DNA from: an uncultured delta proteobacterium
GTDB taxonomy: Bacteria > Bdellovibrionota > FAC87 > UBA2466
Direction: 5' to 3'
Length of the DNA stretch: 64,000 nucleotides
Assembly: GCA_963778115.1 (NCBI GenBank)
Contig: CAVZSV010000004.1
Coordinates: 1,824,001 to 1,888,000 of the forward strand
A program made the translations under genes and the position numbers. The first letter of the stretch is position 1, and the number at the start of each line of letters is the position of its first letter. Under the pieces are notes generated by a model, which had not been told where the DNA came from, did no database searches, and saw only the letters and a program-made list of their open reading frames with translations. Shown one piece after another: positions 10,425-20,125 of the stretch.

Positions 10425-10681
10425 GCAGGTATCGAAAACCGTATTTAAAAAGAAAACGGAAAGGGTTTCGGGAGCGCGTGTTATTCCGACGAGAGGTCCC
10501 GGAAGTTGACGAGCATCTTTTCTCCTAAGTTGTTCTCCGAAAAAAGGTATCCGTGACTTTCAGTCCCCTTTGAAAATCAGTGAGGCCGGCCGCCCATGCG
10601 GCCGGAGAACCTTTATTTCTAAGGTAGACCAATCATCCCCCCTGTGCTAAACCCTTAAAATTCAACCGATTCCCCTTCTAT

Positions 10682-10768
10682 GGAGAGATGTCCGAGCGGT
10701 TGAAGGAGCACGCCTGGAAAGCGTGTATACCCGAAAGGGTATCGAGGGTTCGAATCCCTCTCTCTCCG
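10682..10768 (+). tRNA. tRNA-Ser(GGA), CCA not encoded
   Basis: GGAGAGA/TCTCTCC acceptor stem, CACGC-CTGGAAA-GCGTG anticodon arm, long variable arm, GGTTCGAATCC T-arm. Confidence 0.95.
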
Positions 10769-10919
10769 ATTGACCAATTTTGATTCCCTCGGACATTGGG
10801 AATCCCTTAACGATTAATCTCAAGATTAAACTTAACCTTCAGCGGCGTAGCCGCTCTGATAGAAGTATTCATCGCGATGACCCGTACCTTTTGGGCCCAA
10901 TCGGAGAGTGACACCTTTT
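10761..10919 (+). repeat. Module A copy 1 (tRNA 3' end, three hairpins, half REP unit)
   Basis: 10761-10844 is identical to 16959-17042; diverged copy at 13356-13495; partial copy near 15017-15060. Confidence 0.9.
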
Positions 10920-10961
10920 CAACACCTTTTCACCTTTTCACTGAAGGAGAGTGACACCTTT

Positions 10962-11972
<1,011 letters not shown>

Positions 11973-12002
11973 CTATCTGCGACCAAGGAAAGTTATCATC
12001 TG

Positions 12003-12097
12003 AGTTCGATACCGTCACTCTGTCCCTCAAGGTTCTAGGCACGCTACGCAGCAAATCTGAAGCATTCAGTTAGAAAGTTCGCTAACTGTCTCCGCCA
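12003..12097 (+). repeat. Module B copy 1, ending in TCTCCGCCA (tRNA-Ser 3' end plus CCA)
   Basis: Ungapped 73/92 match to 13267-13358; contains CAGTTAG-N8-CTAACTG. Confidence 0.85.
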
Positions 12098-12120
12098 TTT
12101 TTGCCACAGGCAAAAATGGC
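12094..12120. terminator. Perfect 12-bp hairpin after the tRNA 3'-end relic
   Basis: GCCATTTTTGCC-ACA-GGCAAAAATGGC. Confidence 0.6.
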
Positions 12121-12336
12121 CCTCTAATTTCAAAGCTCTAAAATCTCGAGCCAATCTCTGGTTTTTGTTTCTTCTACGTCTGCGATTTAAGACTCAGAAA
12201 TTAGCTCGAGCTCGAGATATTAGATATTAGTTAAGGAAGTCTTTTCAGATTGCCCTTAGAAGTACGCTCCGCTTTTGCCTTTCTTCACGCTCCCTAGTTT
12301 TTTTGACTACCCTTCCGAGCCGGATGAGAAAAACAT

Positions 12337-12699
12337 ATGGCGTTCTCATTCGAAAATCTTACGGCCTATAAAAGAGCCGTCCGAATAGCGGAATTGTCCG
12401 AGGAAATACGCAACGCCAGTCGTTCTAAGATAAGTAGAAATCTTTTAGATCAATTCTCTCGCGTGGCACTCTCCGTATCTCTCAATATCGCAGAAGGTAA
12501 CGGGCGTTGGCATGCGGCAGATAAACGTCAGTTCTTTTGGATTGCCAGGGGTTCTGCATTTGAATGCGTTCCCCTCATAGAAATTCTTCGTAAAACTGGA
12601 GTCATCAGCGAAGCTAAGTACCAAGAGTGCTATTCTTGCCTAGAAGAGATCTCCAAGACCGTCAGTGGGATGATTAAAGCTGTCGAACGGAAGGCGTAA
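12337..12699 (+). CDS. Four helix bundle protein (23S rRNA IVS/Avd-like family)
   Basis: FENLTAYK...DQFSRVALSVSLNIAEG.GR...FFWIARGSAFEC. Confidence 0.9.
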   Translation: MAFSFENLTAYKRAVRIAELSEEIRNASRSKISRNLLDQFSRVALSVSLNIAEGNGRWHAADKRQFFWIARGSAFECVPLIEILRKTGVISEAKYQECYSCLEEISKTVSGMIKAVERKA

Positions 12700-13219
12700 G
12701 CGACGTGTACCGACAATCCGGAAGAAATGCGCGAAGGCGAACTCCAAAGTAAGTTCCCTCGCCAACGTCCGTAAAACCGACCTTTCTTAGGACTCTTGCG
12801 GAGGCAATGTTTTCGGCATGGGCCACGTCTAGGATCCGATTGGTGAGATCATTCTCTTTAGCCCAGTTTAAGAGCGCCCGTGCCACCTCCGTCGCGTAAC
12901 CCTGACCCCAAAATCGTTTAGGGAAAGCATAGCCTAAATCGACCTCATCGGTTTCGGGAATAACGCTGGGGCCGGCCCGACCCATTATTTCTTTCGTTTC
13001 TCGATGTAAGACCATCCATTTGCTGAAACCGTATCGTTGTTGCTTATCGAGGTAGCGGTCCAAATCGTTTCGTACCGCCGCTTCGTCCTTGCGAACTCCT
13101 CCGACAAGGTAGCGCATGAAGTCCTCATTGAAGTGCATTTCGCACAGGGCAGCCAGATCCGAGGACTCGAGTTTTCGAAGGAGGAGACGTTCGGTAGTGA
13201 GAATGATTTCCACGGACAT
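12674..13219 (-). CDS. GNAT N-acetyltransferase (RimJ/RimL-like)
   Basis: LTTERLLLR, LGYAF..RFWGQGYATE, NIASARVLRKVGF. Confidence 0.9.
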   Translation of the reverse strand: MSVEIILTTERLLLRKLESSDLAALCEMHFNEDFMRYLVGGVRKDEAAVRNDLDRYLDKQQRYGFSKWMVLHRETKEIMGRAGPSVIPETDEVDLGYAFPKRFWGQGYATEVARALLNWAKENDLTNRILDVAHAENIASARVLRKVGFTDVGEGTYFGVRLRAFLPDCRYTSLTPSVRQL

Positions 13220-13266
13220 ACTCTAAGGGAATCTCTTCGTCCCGCAAAGGTACAGCGCTTCGCGCA

Positions 13267-13495
13267 AGTTCGATAGTGTCTCTCTGTCCGTTACGGACTT
13301 AGGCACGTCACGCCGCAAATCGCAGGCATTCAGTTAGAAAGTTATCTAACTGTGCCCGATTGACCAACTCCGATTCCCTCGCACGTTGGAAATCTCTTAG
13401 CGATTAATCTCAAAATTAAACTTACCCTTCAGCGACCTAGTCGCTCTAGTAGACGCCCATTCACCCCATGACCCGTTCCTTTTGGGCCCTAAAGG
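13267..13495 (+). repeat. Module B copy 2 joined directly to module A copy 2 (B-core-A junction)
   Basis: CAGTTAG-N8-CTAACTG-TGCCCG then ATTGACCAA... Confidence 0.85.
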
Positions 13496-14987
13496 CTAAT
13501 CATTGATCACATCTTTCTTTAGCGAGCCACCCTTTTTCTAGAGTCAATAGTTCTGTGAGGCCCTTTCCTAGTATTTTCCAACCTGGCGGGCCATTCTGCT
13601 TAAGGTGGCCGCCGAGCCTCGCAACGGCTGAAATTGCTTCTGCGACCGTAGGATTTTCTGGGATGGGAGTTTTTGAGACCGCTCGGAGAACCGATATTTG
13701 AGTCGGGGTTAACACTACTGTCGCCGGGGTGAGTGGCCGTTGCCTGGCTTCCGCTCGCAAGAGCAGCATTCGCCAGGCGATTGGGATAAAGATCGCCAAG
13801 GCATTGAAAATGGTATCTTTCGATTCGAGTTGCCGTTCTTCAAAGGCACATCCAGTTTTGATCGCCTTAAAATATTCTTCGATAAGCCATCTGGCTCGAT
13901 AGATATCGATCACCTTTTCGATATCCGCGGGCGTATTGGTAGACTCGGTAGTGAGTAATTTCCAATCAATCGGCTCTGTTCCCTCCGGCGGATTGGACTC
14001 AAAGACGTGGACAACGTTGAGTGTCACAGTCTTATTTAATCTTGCTCCATGATGGTGACCTCGTATTAGCTCCACCCTTGCCGCTGTCGCCGATAACATG
14101 GCGGTTCGTTGCTGACGAGCGGGGTAGTCTTTTCTGTTTTGAGGTAAGGGACTTTGTGCTCTTGTTCCAACTCGGACTTCTCGTTGAAGCTTTACCGGAG
14201 CGCTCTCGAGTGAGCTGTAAAGGCTCACTCCTTCTTCTAGGTTTTCGTCTGTAACCAAACGATCTCGGCAGACTCGAATCACGCAGCGACCAGATGAATC
14301 TTTTAGTTCAGAAAGTAACTCGAAGAAATCTGCCTCACGGTCCATCACGTGAATAGGTTTCGCTGCGAAGCCCAATCTCGATTCGCTGGCCACAATTCCT
14401 CGCATCCAACGCAGAGACTTTCTCGTCGGATCTTGTCGCGCTTTGGACGGGCTTTGGACGGGCTTTGATAGCCTTTCTTCTTCAGCTTAATCATTGGCTC
14501 AACCGCCACAACCCCAAGAGGTCGATGCAAACAAGATCCCACAACTAAGGAAAAATGCCCGTAGAAACCGTCTCCCGCGGAGCGACTACCACTGAGCAAA
14601 CCTAGCCCCTTACGTTTGGAAGGAAATTTGAACTCAGTCGTATCGTGGAGAACCAGAACTTCCTTTTCCAGTTTCGCTCGCAAAACCGTCTGCTCAAAAT
14701 GGGATGCTAAAATCGACTCCAAATTCACACGGGGATTACGCAGAAAACGGTAACCTCCCTCAATTCCAGCTCCTTCTCCTAAAAGCTTGGGTAAGGTCTC
14801 TTTAGGATCTTGGGCGATACCGTCAGACATGTCCATTAACCTCCGGGTGAGTCGCAGATCGCCAAAATTAGCCCCAGCGAACTCATTCGACATGGACGAA
14901 AAAAACTTAGGTTCAAGAGTATTACTCATCTAAATGATTGATCAAATTTCACAGAGAAAGGCAAGAAAAGATATGTATGATCCTTAG
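13496..14987 (-). mobile_element. IS4-family (IS50-like) insertion sequence, 1492 bp
   Basis: 9-bp TSD CCCTAAAGG (13487-13495 and 14988-14996); 19-bp ends CTAATCATTGATCACATCT and CTAAGGATCATACATATCT. Confidence 0.9.
13500..14929 (-). pseudogene. IS4-family DDE transposase, frameshifted by an 11-bp tandem duplication (14440-14461)
   Basis: FGDLRLTRRL, HDTTEF, MDREAD, YRARWLIEEYFK, ARLGG..PPG; removing one GCTTTGGACGG restores a 472-aa frame. Confidence 0.9.
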
Positions 14988-15207
14988 CCCTAAAGGAGAG
15001 TGACACTTTAGCTTAGGATTAACACTTAAGATTAAACTTAACCTTCGGCGGCGTAGCCACTTTGGTTTGGTGACCATTCCGCACGCAACTTCAAATTCAA
15101 GCAGTCATTGGAGTTGCGGGTTACCCCGGAGATCTGCAGCGGCTACCTTCTTGGACGATAGTTTAACCTGGTTTCGATTTCCCTTAGCCCAGAGCTAGAG
15201 ATGTGCG

Positions 15208-15274
15208 ACAGGTCAGTTTTCCTATGGAATACCGGCCGCGTTCCAAATGGGCCCTAAAGGAGAGTGGCACCTGT
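15208..15274. repeat. Degenerate family-1 REP-like copy
   Basis: CGTTCCAAATGGGCCCTAAAGGAGAGTGGCACCT. Confidence 0.6.
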
Positions 15275-15292
15275 TCCTTAAGAGCAATTAGA

Positions 15293-15742
15293 CTAAGGGC
15301 TCTTTTTTTTCCACGGGGAGACTCCGGGATCAAAACTGCCGTCGGATTTGCACGGGCCGAAGCGATCGGTCTCTCCGCAGCCGATTCCGGTGGTCAACTC
15401 GCATTCTAAGGGGAGGGCCCATCCGTTGACGCTAAAGTCTTCTGTGCGCTCGTAGCGATGAAGGGTGAGGGTCACCTCTTTTGTTCCACTGTCTTGGAGG
15501 CGTTTGGCCCAGTCATTACAGTAAGCAGTGAAAGAATGGTAGGGGAATTCGGGAAACCGGAATTCGATCTCCTTCTGCGATTTTCCTTTTAGTGGGCCAG
15601 TTTCGTAGGTTCTAGCCCCTCCTAAGTACCAGGTTGCTCGTCTTACGATGGTTTCGTCGTCAAATTTCTTCGCTCCCCGCGCGATACTTAAAAGGGAAAG
15701 CAAAAAGAGTGCGACAGACAAAAGGCAGACCGCTTTTTTCAT
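15293..15742 (-). CDS. Small secreted hypothetical protein
   Basis: MKKAVCLLSVALFLLSLL signal peptide; ATGA overlap with the upstream stop. Confidence 0.6.
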   Translation of the reverse strand: MKKAVCLLSVALFLLSLLSIARGAKKFDDETIVRRATWYLGGARTYETGPLKGKSQKEIEFRFPEFPYHSFTAYCNDWAKRLQDSGTKEVTLTLHRYERTEDFSVNGWALPLECELTTGIGCGETDRFGPCKSDGSFDPGVSPWKKKSP

Positions 15743-16593
15743 TTGAATTTCCGTCCCAATTTTAGTGATCCGTCTAGACGATGCCAAGATGACTTTAAGT
15801 GAATTGGTGGAGTCAAGATAGATCGATTTGCCGGTCCGATAAGCCCCATGAAGTTGGGTTTCCCCGTATCTTCGCCGAAGATACCGCGGGCTTTTGCGAT
15901 GGGAACCTGAAAGATGGTAATGACTGGACCGTTATCGACTTGAGCGTACATTTCGAACGCAGGGATCTCATCTACTTTTCCCACAAATTGTATCGTTAGG
16001 TCATTGAAATCCACAAATATTGTTCCGTGGTAATCCACCTTGGCGATGATGTCCGCCTCTGGGGTACAAGGATCTCCAGCCTCTGCTGCGACTTCGATTT
16101 GAAGCACGGCCCCGTCCCAACTTACGATCTGCATCCAGGGAACCGTTAATCCAAGCACATCTTTACCCCTCGTCCACTCTGTCGCGGTCTTGGTGCAGGT
16201 GAGCGCTCCTGTTTTGGGTTTTAGTTCTACCGTCATATCACTCTTATGAGTCTGTTCAAGCTTAGGAAAGATACCATTAAGTAATACGGTCCCTCGTGAG
16301 TGAAGTCGGGAACGGGCAGTTATCTCTTCAGAAAAATCTCGCTGATCAGTCAGATAGCCGAATCTATCTCCCAGCACCGGGTGAAAGATCATCGTCTTCC
16401 CCGCGTGAGGCCCCTCCTTTAATTGATGGGTCGCACCAGGCATTTCACCAGGAATGAAAGCATTAATCCAAAAAACCAATTTATTGATCGGAAGTTGTTG
16501 GACACATCGGATAGTGGTCATACGTTTCTGAAAAGCAGAAAACATGCCAGTTTCCCTAGGCCCTCTCACTGACCGAATTCGAGGATATGTCAC
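15739..16593 (-). CDS. DUF3238-like hypothetical protein
   Basis: WINAFIP...DQRDFS...SRLHS...VDYHG...DEIPAFEMY pattern; start uncertain. Confidence 0.55.
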   Translation of the reverse strand: MTYPRIRSVRGPRETGMFSAFQKRMTTIRCVQQLPINKLVFWINAFIPGEMPGATHQLKEGPHAGKTMIFHPVLGDRFGYLTDQRDFSEEITARSRLHSRGTVLLNGIFPKLEQTHKSDMTVELKPKTGALTCTKTATEWTRGKDVLGLTVPWMQIVSWDGAVLQIEVAAEAGDPCTPEADIIAKVDYHGTIFVDFNDLTIQFVGKVDEIPAFEMYAQVDNGPVITIFQVPIAKARGIFGEDTGKPNFMGLIGPANRSILTPPIHLKSSWHRLDGSLKLGRKFK

Positions 16594-16904
16594 AGATCTG
16601 AGACGGATGGTGTCTCAAATGTGGTTTAACTCTACCAAATGTCACGACTTGTTTCCGTATAGAGAGCTCGGGCACCCGAGGTTAAAAATCGAATGATTTA
16701 TAGGAACTACCGCTCTTGCTCGTAACCGGAACTCCGAGATAAGTGTGACAGCTTTCAGCGCCTAAGACGATTACCGCGCAATGGGGCTACCGCGAGATCA
16801 GTACCCTTGTTCGAGAACGCCGAGAAACAATGAGCTGTCCGATGACCGGATAGCGAGAAACAGCGAGAACATCACGAGCCTAATTATAAAACGATTGAGA
16901 TTCT

Positions 16905-16966
16905 AGAGAGATGTCCTAAGCCGCCCAATGGATACACTCGGTTCGAAAGTCCAATACTTCTCTCCG
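16905..16966 (+). pseudogene. Decayed tRNA-Ser copy
   Basis: GAGAGATGTCC (matches 10683-10693), GGTTCGAA and TCTCTCCG in tRNA order; middle shortened and no anticodon arm. Confidence 0.55.
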
Positions 16967-17050
16967 ATTGACCAATTTTGATTCCCTCGGACATTGGGAA
17001 TCCCTTAACGATTAATCTCAAGATTAAACTTAACCTTCAGCGTCGTAGCC
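16959..17050 (+). repeat. Module A copy (84 bp identical to 10761-10844)
   Basis: Direct comparison. Confidence 0.9.
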
Positions 17051-17080
17051 ACTCAGGTGGAAGTTCACTTCACTTCGGCA

Positions 17081-17176
17081 AAGTGTCACTCTCCAATCGG
17101 ACCCGAAGTAGGGGTCATATCGAAACTCCCCATATGACCCGTTCCAAAAGGGCCCGCAAGGAGAGTGACACCTTTT
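17081..17176. repeat. REPIN-like element, family 1 (inverted relative to the 3704 copy)
   Basis: GTGTCACTCTCC...GGGTCATATCGAAACT...TGACCCGTTCCAAAAGGGCCCGCAAGGAGAGTGACACC. Confidence 0.85.
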
Positions 17177-17234
17177 AATTGATTCCTTTATTTGATTTCG
17201 CTATATAGCGAGGCTCAAACGCTAAGGAGAGTCT

Positions 17235-18017
17235 ATGTGGAGCCGATTTGTTGTCGTTGTACTGGGTCTGTTTGCACTTTGTGCCTGTTCGTCGGTAAAA
17301 TCCGACGGTCCCGTCCCCCTCTTTCTTACCGTTGGGGAAGGTCCGGCGAAGTCGGCACCCCTCCTTGAAAAAGCGACGTTGGAAAACTACTTGAAGCGTG
17401 GAAACTCCTTAGAGGGTGCCAGAGTGACTGTGATTCCGATGACCTCGCCATTTCGTGTTTACGAAGCAAGGGCTCATGCCTTCAAGGTCGGAATGAACGA
17501 AGAAGAGTTTAGCGATCTAATGAAAGATCTTGAGAAGGAGCGACAAAGCGATGCATCCTGCTTTCGTTTCTCAGTTGGCTCCGATTCCTATGACGGCGCG
17601 AAACTGCAATTTTGGCAGTTTCATGTCACTGATTCAAACGGGACGGAGCCGATCTCGTTTGCCGAATTTTCCAGTCCCGAATCATTTACTTCTACTGGGG
17701 TCTACAGTACCGGTGGCTATGGAAAAATACCGGTCTCTGTCTCTTCATACACTACTACCAGGTATTACAACTACGGAGAGGGTTGTACCAAGCGTAGAAT
17801 CGATTTTTCAAAACCGGTTTCCATGCAATTAGAAGCCCGCTTCAACATGGATAAGAAAACAAAGACGATCTCTTGGAAACCAGTAGCGAACTGTTTACTA
17901 AAGGCGCCGTTCCAGGATTCGGAACCTATTACCCGGACGATCGATAGCGATTATTGCTGCAATACCAACAAAAGTTGTCTTGCCGGCTGCAGAACCTGTG
18001 CCACACAAGCTGAATAA
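17235..18017 (+). CDS. Hypothetical lipoprotein with Cys-rich C-terminus
   Basis: AAGGAG RBS; lipobox LCAC; CC..C..C..C tail. Confidence 0.7.
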   Translation: MWSRFVVVVLGLFALCACSSVKSDGPVPLFLTVGEGPAKSAPLLEKATLENYLKRGNSLEGARVTVIPMTSPFRVYEARAHAFKVGMNEEEFSDLMKDLEKERQSDASCFRFSVGSDSYDGAKLQFWQFHVTDSNGTEPISFAEFSSPESFTSTGVYSTGGYGKIPVSVSSYTTTRYYNYGEGCTKRRIDFSKPVSMQLEARFNMDKKTKTISWKPVANCLLKAPFQDSEPITRTIDSDYCCNTNKSCLAGCRTCATQAE

Positions 18018-18027
18018 CTCAAAAAGC

Positions 18028-18128
18028 GAAAAAGTGCCCGAAAAAGTGCCCGTCGAAAAAGTGCCCGTCGACTTCTGGGACCTCTCGTCCAACTGATACA
18101 CGGTCCCGAAAGTCGACGGGCACCTTTT
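18028..18128. repeat. REPIN-like inverted repeat, family 2, with stuttered left end
   Basis: 27-bp arms 18056-18082 and 18102-18128 (24/27 complementary); GAAAAAGTGCCC x3. Confidence 0.8.
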
Positions 18129-18141
18129 CAGGCAAACCACT

Positions 18142-18159
18142 ATAAAAATCATCTATGAT
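18142..18159 (+). promoter_or_regulatory. Putative LysR box upstream of isnA
   Basis: ATA-N9-TAT; 15/18 identical to the reverse complement of 22893-22910. Confidence 0.5.
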
Positions 18160-18225
18160 GAGTCGCTCATTTACCTATTATATTTAATGATGAAAAGGAG
18201 CTTATATGAAATAGGGGGGTAGGGA

Positions 18226-19299
18226 ATGACGCTTTTGGGAACATCACTAGAGTATTTGGAAGCATCCCCTATTTGCGAGCCCGCATATACCTCGCCGGTC
18301 TTTGATGACACGACGATCGCTAAAAGCATTCTAACGAATATCTTGCAATTTCGCCGTACTGCCAGCCCGCAATCAGAATGTGCCTCACATTCATGCCCCA
18401 AGTGCTTTCTACCGCATTTTCCGAAAATCATTTCTGCGGTTTCTCAAAGACAGCCAGTCACCTTTGTTTTACCGGCTTTCCCCGGCAAGTCTCCCAATCC
18501 AGCGAAAGTTCTTGGCACATTGCCGGATATGGCAGAGAGATGTGCCCTTGAGTTTCTTCAACACCTTTGCGACAGGGTTAGGAAATATTACGAACCTGGT
18601 GCTCGAATCATTCTGTGTTCTGACGGCAGGGTCTTTAGCGACGTAGTAGGCATGCCTGATGAAGCCGTGACCGGCTATCGGGAAGAGATTTCCAAAATGA
18701 TAGTGGGTTTAGGTCTCAACTCGCTTTCCACTTTCAATCTGGAGGAATGTTACGAGAACTTGAGTTTCGATGAGATGCGAGTTCACTTGATGGAGAGTTA
18801 TGGAGAGCCTCTGGAAACTCTTAAAGCCTCAGTCAGCAGGGGAAAAGCCCAGGACAGTGCCATCGATGACAAACAAGCCCATCGTCTTTACTGCGGTATC
18901 ACGCGCTTTCTGTTGGAAGACGCCATGTTCCCCGGTCAAAAACAAAGCCGCTCCGCCCTTCAAAAAGCGTGTCGAATCCGAGCATATACCGTCATTCAAA
19001 GAAGCCAGTCGTGGGGCAACCTAGTTGAAGAAACATTTCCCGACGCGGTCAGGCTCTCGATTCATCCTCAAAGTTGCGGCTCCAAGAAATTAGGCATTCG
19101 TCTTATTGAACCCGATAATTGGCAGACCCCATGGCATGGAGTGGCGGTCCAGGTGGACGGACGTTATATACTTCTTAAACGATCTCAGGCAGAAGCGCTT
19201 GGGGCGCACCTCGTAACCCGATTTGGTCGTCCGAGTCATTATGAACTCACCGATAAAGACGGACTCCAAAGGCTGTTGGGAGAGAGACATGACGTCTAA
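18226..19299 (+). CDS. pvcA: Isonitrile synthase (IsnA/PvcA/Dit1 family)
   Basis: LPAFPGKSPN, LGTLPDMAE, CSDGRVFSD, RLSIHPQ, TPWHGV. Confidence 0.93.
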   Translation: MTLLGTSLEYLEASPICEPAYTSPVFDDTTIAKSILTNILQFRRTASPQSECASHSCPKCFLPHFPKIISAVSQRQPVTFVLPAFPGKSPNPAKVLGTLPDMAERCALEFLQHLCDRVRKYYEPGARIILCSDGRVFSDVVGMPDEAVTGYREEISKMIVGLGLNSLSTFNLEECYENLSFDEMRVHLMESYGEPLETLKASVSRGKAQDSAIDDKQAHRLYCGITRFLLEDAMFPGQKQSRSALQKACRIRAYTVIQRSQSWGNLVEETFPDAVRLSIHPQSCGSKKLGIRLIEPDNWQTPWHGVAVQVDGRYILLKRSQAEALGAHLVTRFGRPSHYELTDKDGLQRLLGERHDV

Positions 19300-20125
19300 G
19301 ATAACGCGAATTTCGCCTTTCGGTCTGTGTCTCGAACCTCAACATCCCGACGACCCAATAGATAGTCTACCTATAACCGTGCTACGCGAGCTTGTTTGGC
19401 GGGAACGTCTAGTCATCTTACGGGGATTTCGCACCTTTAGCGGAGCGGACGATTTTGCAAAATACTGCGAACGTTGGGGCGAAATCAGCCTTTGGCCCTT
19501 CGGAAAGGTGCTTGAGCTCGTAGAGCAAAATAACCCAGAAGATCACATTTTCGATAACAACTACGTTCCCCTGCATTGGGACGGAATGTATCGACCGCAA
19601 GTTCCAGAGTTTCAACTTTTCCACTGTGTGCGGGCGCCCGAATTCGGTCAGGGAGGGCGAACCACCTTTTCAAACACGGTACAGGCGCTAGAACGTGCGC
19701 CTTCTCAACTAAAGGATCTCTGGAAAAAAATTACGGGCATTTATCAGCGAAAGATGGAGTTTTATGACAGTAAAACCGTCTCCCCCATTATTGATTCACA
19801 TCCGCGCCGCAGTCTCTCTGTCATTCGATATAACGAACCTCCCCTTGAGGGGTGTGGCCGTTTTGTGAACCCCCCCCTTCTCGAATTCACTGGCGTTAGC
19901 AACGAAGAGATTGCTGAATGTCACCGCACTCTCCGAGAGACCTTATATGCGCCAGAGAATTTCTATGCCCACGAATGGCGCGAGGGAGATCTTGTGGTGG
20001 CAGACAATTTCTCACTTTTACACGGGCGCGAAGCTTTTGAAACGAAAGCTCCGAGACACCTTCGCCGAGTACATGTGTTAAGCCAACCTCCTTTGGATAA
20101 TCAACACTTGGTGTCTTACCAATGA
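19289..20125 (+). CDS. pvcB: Fe(II)/2-oxoglutarate dioxygenase (IsnB/PvcB, TauD family)
   Basis: PLHWDGMY, GGRTTF, WREGD...DNFSLLHGR. Confidence 0.92.
   Translation: MTSKITRISPFGLCLEPQHPDDPIDSLPITVLRELVWRERLVILRGFRTFSGADDFAKYCERWGEISLWPFGKVLELVEQNNPEDHIFDNNYVPLHWDGMYRPQVPEFQLFHCVRAPEFGQGGRTTFSNTVQALERAPSQLKDLWKKITGIYQRKMEFYDSKTVSPIIDSHPRRSLSVIRYNEPPLEGCGRFVNPPLLEFTGVSNEEIAECHRTLRETLYAPENFYAHEWREGDLVVADNFSLLHGREAFETKAPRHLRRVHVLSQPPLDNQHLVSYQ

Noticed and set aside
12337..12699. Diversity-generating retroelement (Avd-like gene)
   Set aside because: No reverse transcriptase and no TR/VR pair in the window.
14345..14470. Programmed frameshift in the transposase
   Set aside because: Fully explained by the 11-bp duplication; IS50-type transposases are single ORFs.
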